Origin: Harriotta raleighana
Lineage: Eukaryota
NCBI GenBank assembly: GCA_050575255.1
Contig: JBNZDD010013650.1
Coordinates: 1,814,055 to 1,875,124 of the forward strand
Reading direction: 5' to 3'
Length of the DNA stretch: 61,070 bases
In this document: piece after piece, positions 59,401 to 61,070 of the stretch
Position numbering within the stretch: the stretch's first letter is position 1
Layout of the letters: each line of letters opens with the position of its first letter
Translations under genes and position numbers: made by a program
Notes under the pieces: generated by a model
The model's input: only the letters and a program-made list of their open reading frames with translations
Database searches by the model: none
Told to the model about the DNA's origin: nothing

Positions 59401-60768
59401 ATAGTACATTTGCAAAATCCTGAATTTACATGGACTATGATACTATTTAACAGTGGAAACTTACTTCAAAGTTTTCACTGACTTCCTGCATCATTTTCAG
59501 CTTGGTTTCATCAGCTGTAACATAAACGTATTAAAATCCCTGCTTTAGTTTTTTAAACATCACATTCAGTTTGGTTTTAGACACATTTCAACAAAAGCAA
59601 TCAGATCTTATCAGTTTTACTAACACCGCCCGTGAGAATGCAGCATTAGAACCACATATACGCACAACAAACACACCTCACATCCACACTGCTACATTCC
59701 ATATGGTTCTGTGGGGCTCTAGCAAATGTTTTGCATCATCTTGCTTCTGTTCAACTTATGATATAGATAACCATCTGTGTCACGTAGCTCTTTTATTAAT
59801 GACTCTTTTTGGTCTTACTGCCAACGTTTTCAATTTCAATTTAACCTAGATCACACTTGTATATGTTATGATTTTAAAAATTGATGATTCCATTGAAGGA
59901 AAGGGAGCATTAGCTAAGATTCAAAAAATATATATTTTAAATTTGTTTTTGTACTTACTTCTTTGGGTTGAGATTATTACAATACTAATTTATTCAATCC
60001 GATTCTTGAGCCTTTCCCTCTGTTCCTTTCTCACTCTCTGTTCCACCTCTGTTGGTCTCTGTGACCATCTTTAGCCACTATGCCTGCTCACTGTAAATCC
60101 CCCAAATATATTCTCTTTGAAATTTCTATCCCAAAGTCCCTCTGTGCTTGGTGACTTCCATCACCTTTGTAAAGCACTTGAAGATGTTTATTCTGCATGA
60201 AAACTTGACATAAATGAAGCTGTCAAACTAGAATTATCCTGATACCATACTTGTTTATTTTGCCTTAATATTATTGGTGGGAGAGGGTTGGAAGGGAGGA
60301 AGTGAAGAAAGAGAGAATATTTTAGCAGCACAGAGCAGTCAACCCAAAGAGACATGAGTTTGTTTCCTCCATCCCGCTGGCAGGCGTAAGCTTGAAAATA
60401 TAGAACCAGCAGACGAAAAATGATTGAAAGAGAAAAAGTACATTGCAGTTTCAGTGCTTCAAAGCACTACACGGGAATTACATTTTCTACAGACAAAGAT
60501 TAGAACAAGACAAACTTTTTAGTCCATAGTTAAAAAAAGATGTGACAGCAAAGCCATAATTTCCATTTTCTGGAATAAGAGGCAATTTGTTAAGCTAATA
60601 GGAGTGGCAGTTGTTGTGCTATCCTTGAGAATATGAACAGCACTTTTAAAAGTTCTGAGCAGAAGACTTACGTGTGTTGCTGTCAGTCAAGACAGCCACA
60701 AACTGAAGGTATTTCTTCATTAAAGTGGTCTGATCGACCACGGCACCCGGTGTCGCGACAAAAGCCAT
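3310..60768 (-). CDS. TRRAP: TRRAP (transformation/transcription domain-associated protein), 45 coding exons in window, 6703 nt (~2234 aa), 3'-incomplete
   Basis: Spliced translation runs from [24 protein letters not shown] to ...[13 protein letters not shown](G), colinear with vertebrate TRRAP. Every intron is GT..AG and phases join without stops. Confidence 0.99.
3525..3738 (-). CDS. TRRAP: TRRAP coding exon 44 (214 nt)
   Basis: [16 protein letters not shown]...IFPTEP; cattag / gtaggt. Confidence 0.97.
5290..5610 (-). mobile_element. Full-length tRNA-derived SINE (older copy)
   Basis: Head GTAGCTCAGTGGTTAGAGC...GGTTCAATTCC and the same body and tail. Confidence 0.88.
6369..6515 (-). CDS. 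TRRAP: TRRAP coding exon 43 (147 nt)
   Basis: [15 protein letters not shown]...DKLLMTV; ttccag / gtacga. Confidence 0.96.
7639..7749 (-). CDS. TRRAP: TRRAP coding exon 42 (111 nt)
   Basis: [13 protein letters not shown]...LIRIACQ; atatag / gtaaga. Confidence 0.97.
7937..8342 (-). mobile_element. tRNA-derived SINE carrying an internal inverted duplication
   Basis: Tail at 7937-8080, head remnant at 8294-8342, palindrome at 8179-8293. Confidence 0.8.
9065..9184 (-). CDS. TRRAP: TRRAP coding exon 41 (120 nt; NLS-region linker)
   Basis: [13 protein letters not shown]...[20 protein letters not shown]; atgtag / gtgagt. Confidence 0.92.
9326..9484 (-). CDS. TRRAP: TRRAP coding exon 40 (159 nt)
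   Basis: [14 protein letters not shown]...QRIKDQQ; ctttag / gtaact. Confidence 0.97.
10061..10267 (-). CDS. TRRAP: TRRAP coding exon 39 (207 nt)
   Basis: [14 protein letters not shown]...IVQHFR; ccatag / gtaagt. Confidence 0.97.
10862..11128 (-). CDS. TRRAP: TRRAP coding exon 38 (267 nt)
   Basis: [15 protein letters not shown]...HKKIVLQ; tcttag / gtaagc. Confidence 0.97.
11675..11803 (-). CDS. TRRAP: TRRAP coding exon 37 (129 nt)
   Basis: [14 protein letters not shown]...SVFITK; gttcag / gtgaaa. Confidence 0.97.
11966..12192. mobile_element. Tigger-like MITE family D
   Basis: TA|CAGGCAGTCCTCAAGTTACG...CGTAACTTGAGGACTGCCT; internal AGTTAC(G)A repeats. Confidence 0.85.
12686..12884 (-). CDS. 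TRRAP: TRRAP coding exon 36 (199 nt)
   Basis: [16 protein letters not shown]...DELKAK; caccag / gtgaat. Confidence 0.97.
14080..14261 (-). CDS. TRRAP: TRRAP coding exon 35 (182 nt)
   Basis: [13 protein letters not shown]...CLLNYC; taatag / gtacgc. Confidence 0.97.
14508..14669 (-). CDS. TRRAP: TRRAP coding exon 34 (162 nt)
   Basis: [15 protein letters not shown]...LQFQAIK; ttccag / gtaaat. Confidence 0.97.
14783..15427. mobile_element. Tigger/pogo-type MITE family A
   Basis: 19-bp perfect TIR CAGTAAAAGCCCGTTTATC, TA TSDs, AT-rich internal subrepeats. Confidence 0.92.
15869..16060. repeat. Palindromic repeat (30-bp perfect arms), resembling a Penelope-derived palindromic family common in sharks
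   Basis: 15869-15898 is the exact reverse complement of 15994-16023; family assignment is from recall. Confidence 0.75.
16158..16277 (-). CDS. TRRAP: TRRAP coding exon 33 (120 nt)
   Basis: [16 protein letters not shown]...WSRMFM; gtacag / gtaatc. Confidence 0.97.
16994..17113 (-). CDS. TRRAP: TRRAP coding exon 32 (120 nt)
   Basis: [16 protein letters not shown]...ERAMLIE; gtgcag / gtatta. Confidence 0.97.
17369..17632. mobile_element. Tigger/pogo-type MITE family C
   Basis: TA|CAGTAAAATCTCGATAAT...ATTATCGATCTTTTACTG|TA. Confidence 0.85.
18532..18552 (-). CDS. TRRAP: TRRAP 21-nt cassette microexon (coding exon 31, PAMEGVE)
   Basis: ttcttgttttggtttag|CCTGCCATGGAGGGGGTAGAG|gtgaga; phase 0/0 between SDGN and EMKIC; peptide matches a TRRAP isoform insert I recall from other vertebrates. 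Confidence 0.85.
19344..19412 (-). CDS. TRRAP: TRRAP coding exon 30 (69 nt)
   Basis: [23 protein letters not shown]; tcctag / gtaagt. Confidence 0.97.
21045..21510 (+). mobile_element. CR1-clade LINE 3' fragment; CR1/HER1-like tail also at ~3045-3205 and a decayed copy at ~23700-24010
   Basis: [28 protein letters not shown]...TRGHQFK is a typical CR1 ORF2 C-terminus. Confidence 0.85.
22182..22596. mobile_element. Tigger/pogo-type MITE family B
   Basis: TA|CAATAAAACCTTGTTTATCCG...GAGGTTTTACTG|TA; paralogue at 48226-48616. Confidence 0.88.
24411..24581 (-). CDS. TRRAP: TRRAP coding exon 29 (171 nt)
   Basis: [18 protein letters not shown]...KFCDQMM; ccttag / gtaagt. Confidence 0.97.
25125..25246 (-). 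CDS. TRRAP: TRRAP coding exon 28 (122 nt)
   Basis: [14 protein letters not shown]...GEACMRK; gaacag / gtcagt. Confidence 0.97.
26141..26237 (-). CDS. TRRAP: TRRAP coding exon 27 (97 nt)
   Basis: [32 protein letters not shown]; ttacag / gtaagt. Confidence 0.97.
27058..27219 (-). CDS. TRRAP: TRRAP coding exon 26 (162 nt)
   Basis: [15 protein letters not shown]...HKVFYTE; tcccag / gtaagt. Confidence 0.97.
28176..28436 (-). CDS. TRRAP: TRRAP coding exon 25 (261 nt)
   Basis: [15 protein letters not shown]...IMEPHKE; tttcag / gtaatg. Confidence 0.97.
28879..29187 (-). mobile_element. Full-length tRNA-derived SINE (older copy)
   Basis: Same head, body and tail. Confidence 0.86.
29974..30171 (-). 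CDS. TRRAP: TRRAP coding exon 24 (198 nt)
   Basis: [14 protein letters not shown]...MMDLTGE; ctccag / gtactg. Confidence 0.97.
30318..30535 (-). CDS. TRRAP: TRRAP coding exon 23 (218 nt)
   Basis: [13 protein letters not shown]...ILGSKER; ccttag / gtaaat. Confidence 0.97.
31026..31412 (-). mobile_element. L2 3' fragment. Further L2 tails at ~409-457(+), 4410-4590(-), 5630-5820(-), 13365-13548(+), 24640-24990(+), 53440-54032(+)
   Basis: Shared tail gggacgtcctcccgacgtgaaaggcgctatataaatgtaattttgttgttg. Confidence 0.8.
31826..32025 (-). CDS. TRRAP: TRRAP coding exon 22 (200 nt)
   Basis: [15 protein letters not shown]...VAVAQQC; ttccag / gtgagt. Confidence 0.97.
32580..33076 (+). mobile_element. 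L2-clade LINE 3' fragment
   Basis: LQIIQN(S)AARVL / LHWLP-type motifs; tail gtaattttgttgttgtt. Confidence 0.88.
33221..33372 (-). CDS. TRRAP: TRRAP coding exon 21 (152 nt)
   Basis: [16 protein letters not shown]...QLLAHP; tttcag / gtaaga. Confidence 0.97.
33517..33699. mobile_element. MITE family A, truncated (one end)
   Basis: Matches the right third of family A, ending GGCTTTTACTG|TA; left boundary approximate. Confidence 0.8.
34640..35562 (-). mobile_element. L2-clade LINE 3' fragment
   Basis: Frameshifted ORF2 C-terminus (FDPQLSF..., [25 protein letters not shown]) plus 3'UTR ending (TTG)n. Confidence 0.9.
36760..37432. mobile_element. MITE family A, opposite orientation
   Basis: Reverse complement of 14783-15427 with TIRs and TA flanks. 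Confidence 0.9.
38926..39126 (-). CDS. TRRAP: TRRAP coding exon 20 (201 nt)
   Basis: [12 protein letters not shown]...IQLPMEK; tcatag / gtgaga. Confidence 0.97.
39474..39791. mobile_element. MITE family C, opposite orientation
   Basis: Internal sequence is the reverse complement of 17369-17632; right TIR degenerate. Confidence 0.78.
40001..40257 (-). CDS. TRRAP: TRRAP coding exon 19 (257 nt)
   Basis: [15 protein letters not shown]...VRAELMQ; ttgcag / gtaaaa. Confidence 0.97.
40684..41306. mobile_element. Tigger-like element family E (degenerate TIRs); related end fragments at ~26860-26977 and ~56232-56316
   Basis: Left AGGTAGACCCCGCTTAAC, right GTTACGCGAGGAATACCTG. Shared subterminal sequence (cttatgggaaaaatgt) with 26890; 56232-56316 is the reverse complement of the left end. 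Confidence 0.7.
41390..41438. other. N followed by 48-nt poly-G (contig-edge sequence of unreliable length)
   Basis: n at 41390, then uninterrupted G. Confidence 0.85.
41664..41829 (-). CDS. TRRAP: TRRAP coding exon 18 (166 nt)
   Basis: [15 protein letters not shown]...LLPNLLQ; ttttag / gtaaga. Confidence 0.97.
42134..42335. repeat. Degenerate TG/TC low-complexity microsatellite
   Basis: tgtgtctctg-type units. Confidence 0.8.
43359..43692 (-). mobile_element. Young full-length tRNA-derived SINE
   Basis: A box TGGCTCAGTGG, B box GTTCGAATCC, SacSINE/AmnSINE-like 3' part, (TTA)n tail. Confidence 0.92.
44835..45026 (-). CDS. TRRAP: TRRAP coding exon 17 (192 nt)
   Basis: [12 protein letters not shown]...AENEQMLK; less common AAG acceptor (tttgaag) / gtaagg. 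Confidence 0.95.
45246..45832 (-). mobile_element. L2-clade LINE 3' fragment
   Basis: [29 protein letters not shown]...[13 protein letters not shown] plus tail. Confidence 0.9.
46242..46436 (-). CDS. TRRAP: TRRAP coding exon 16 (195 nt)
   Basis: [17 protein letters not shown]...ISKNYALQ; ttttag / gtgatg. Confidence 0.97.
47511..47608 (-). CDS. TRRAP: TRRAP coding exon 15 (98 nt)
   Basis: [32 protein letters not shown]; tttcag / gtatag. Confidence 0.97.
47699..47957. other. ~130-bp direct duplication around a single N (assembly overlap artefact)
   Basis: 47699-47828 repeated at 47830-47957, N at 47829. Confidence 0.9.
48226..48616. mobile_element. Tigger/pogo-type MITE family B
   Basis: TIR CAGTAAAACCTCGTT, TA TSDs. 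Confidence 0.9.
49718..50030 (-). CDS. TRRAP: TRRAP coding exon 14 (313 nt; Pro/Thr-rich linker)
   Basis: [14 protein letters not shown]...[10 protein letters not shown]; tttcag / gtaagg. Confidence 0.97.
50790..51024 (-). CDS. TRRAP: TRRAP coding exon 13 (235 nt)
   Basis: [16 protein letters not shown]...ILMRMLE; atctag / gtacgt. Confidence 0.97.
51196..51274 (-). CDS. TRRAP: TRRAP coding exon 12 (79 nt)
   Basis: [25 protein letters not shown]; ttacag / gtagga. Confidence 0.97.
52045..52414 (+). mobile_element. Old DeuSINE (SacSINE1/AmnSINE-like) copy; other remnants at ~37700-37935 and ~51395-51510
   Basis: Deu-domain-like segment gatggaccttaaagattctatggcattatttgaaaagagaagggagtttctc, followed by a degenerate SINE tail. 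Confidence 0.65.
52575..52713 (-). CDS. TRRAP: TRRAP coding exon 11 (139 nt)
   Basis: [22 protein letters not shown]...TTDLRN; ctatag / gtatgt. Confidence 0.97.
53043..53139 (-). CDS. TRRAP: TRRAP coding exon 10 (97 nt)
   Basis: [32 protein letters not shown]; ttgcag / gtacgt. Confidence 0.97.
53621..53953 (+). mobile_element. Young full-length tRNA-derived SINE
   Basis: Near-identical to 43359-43692; possible AAGT TSD; nested in an L2 tail. Confidence 0.92.
54441..54529 (-). CDS. TRRAP: TRRAP coding exon 9 (89 nt)
   Basis: [29 protein letters not shown](R); tttcag / gtaagc. Confidence 0.96.
54696..54773 (-). CDS. TRRAP: TRRAP coding exon 8 (78 nt)
   Basis: [26 protein letters not shown]; tttcag / gtactt. 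Confidence 0.97.
54966..55195 (+). mobile_element. Helitron-like non-autonomous 5' end
   Basis: A|TCTATACTAATAAA start; homologous to 480-672 on the minus strand; no 3' hairpin-CTRR end identified. Confidence 0.55.
55340..55903. mobile_element. Two head-to-head L2 fragments (minus 55340-55522, plus 55524-55903)
   Basis: The same L2 ORF2 segment is present in both orientations. Confidence 0.82.
56845..56970 (-). CDS. TRRAP: TRRAP coding exon 7 (126 nt)
   Basis: [14 protein letters not shown]...DSESRT; ttgtag / gtaagt. Confidence 0.96.
57060..57116 (-). CDS. TRRAP: TRRAP coding exon 6 (57 nt)
   Basis: [19 protein letters not shown]; ttacag / gtatgt. Confidence 0.97.
57509..57592 (-). CDS. 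TRRAP: TRRAP coding exon 5 (84 nt)
   Basis: [28 protein letters not shown]; tttcag / gtaagt. Confidence 0.97.
58275..58379 (-). CDS. TRRAP: TRRAP coding exon 4 (105 nt)
   Basis: [14 protein letters not shown]...MFRFLE; ttgcag / gtaagt. Confidence 0.97.
58895..59005 (-). CDS. TRRAP: TRRAP coding exon 3 (111 nt)
   Basis: [14 protein letters not shown]...QEKPAQ; ctcag / gtgtgt. Confidence 0.97.
59465..59514 (-). CDS. TRRAP: TRRAP coding exon 2 (50 nt)
   Basis: (P)[16 protein letters not shown]; ttacag / gtaagt. Confidence 0.97.
59595..59746 (-). ncRNA. SCARNA28: Intronic box C/D scaRNA guiding 2'-O-methylation of U2 snRNA U47 (SCARNA28/mgU2-47 orthologue)
   Basis: Terminal stem AAGCAA/TTGCTT; C box ATGATGC (59739-59733); D box CTGA (59604-59601). 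The guide AAACTGATAAGA pairs with U2 nt 44-55 and the D+5 rule gives U47. Internal GU-rich hairpin; D box ~86 nt from the 3' splice site; same host intron as human SCARNA28 (recalled). Confidence 0.9.
60672..60768 (-). CDS. TRRAP: TRRAP coding exon 1 (97 nt CDS; exon extends through 5'UTR to 60822)
   Basis: [11 protein letters not shown]...LTDSNT; AACATGG Kozak context; donor GTAAGT; acceptor ttttttgcag above 60822. Confidence 0.96.
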
Positions 60769-61070
60769 GTTCATTATAGAGAAGGGGTCCACCAATATAT
60801 TTTTCAAATGACTGGAGGCTGTCTGCAAAAAACATTCAAAGGAAAATAATTAGCATCTAACAACTGCAACACTGAAAACAGTTTCAAAATGCACATACTA
60901 ACATACAAATACTTGATAATCTGGGACGGTTGGGCCCAATCACTTCCCGGATTTCGGAGTTTGCCGGTATTTAGAGCCGACCCTAGACATGACTGGGGAA
61001 ACCCTGCCCCATACACCAAGTCAGCTGTAAACACACTGAAGGCGAAGAATGGCCGTGGGGGAGTGTGGGG

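Noticed and set aside
3310-60768. U12-type or non-canonical introns
   Set aside because: All donors read are ordinary GT U2-type. The only oddity is an AAG acceptor at coding exon 17.
1-61070. CRISPR arrays, operons or other prokaryotic systems
   Set aside because: This is a vertebrate intron-exon locus with no regular repeat-spacer array.

Overview
Eukaryotic vertebrate genomic DNA. The whole window is the 5' ~60% of a TRRAP gene (PIKK-family pseudokinase scaffold of SAGA/TIP60) on the minus strand. I traced 45 coding exons from the start ATG (60768) down to 3310. All have GT-AG introns and consistent phases, giving 6703 nt (~2234 aa) of HEAT-repeat N-terminal solenoid; the gene runs off the left edge. 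The repeat content suggests a cartilaginous fish, probably a chimaera (inference): tRNA-derived SINEs with SacSINE/AmnSINE-like 3' parts, L2 and CR1 fragments, Tigger/pogo-type MITEs and Helitron-like ends. The ORF track misses several things. (1) An intronic box C/D scaRNA guiding U2 Um47 (SCARNA28 orthologue) with a GU-rich stem. (2) A 21-nt PAMEGVE microexon. (3) A perfect 45-nt copy of exon sequence in the neighbouring intron. (4) Several long hairpins, one made by fold-back duplication inside a SINE. (5) A near-identical inverted SINE pair bracketing eight exons. (6) Chimeric SINE subfamilies. Two N-associated assembly artefacts are present. I see no convincing wholly new biological system: the best leads are RNA-level features (scaRNA, microexon region, hairpins, possible circRNA). 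Human comparisons are from memory, not from a search.
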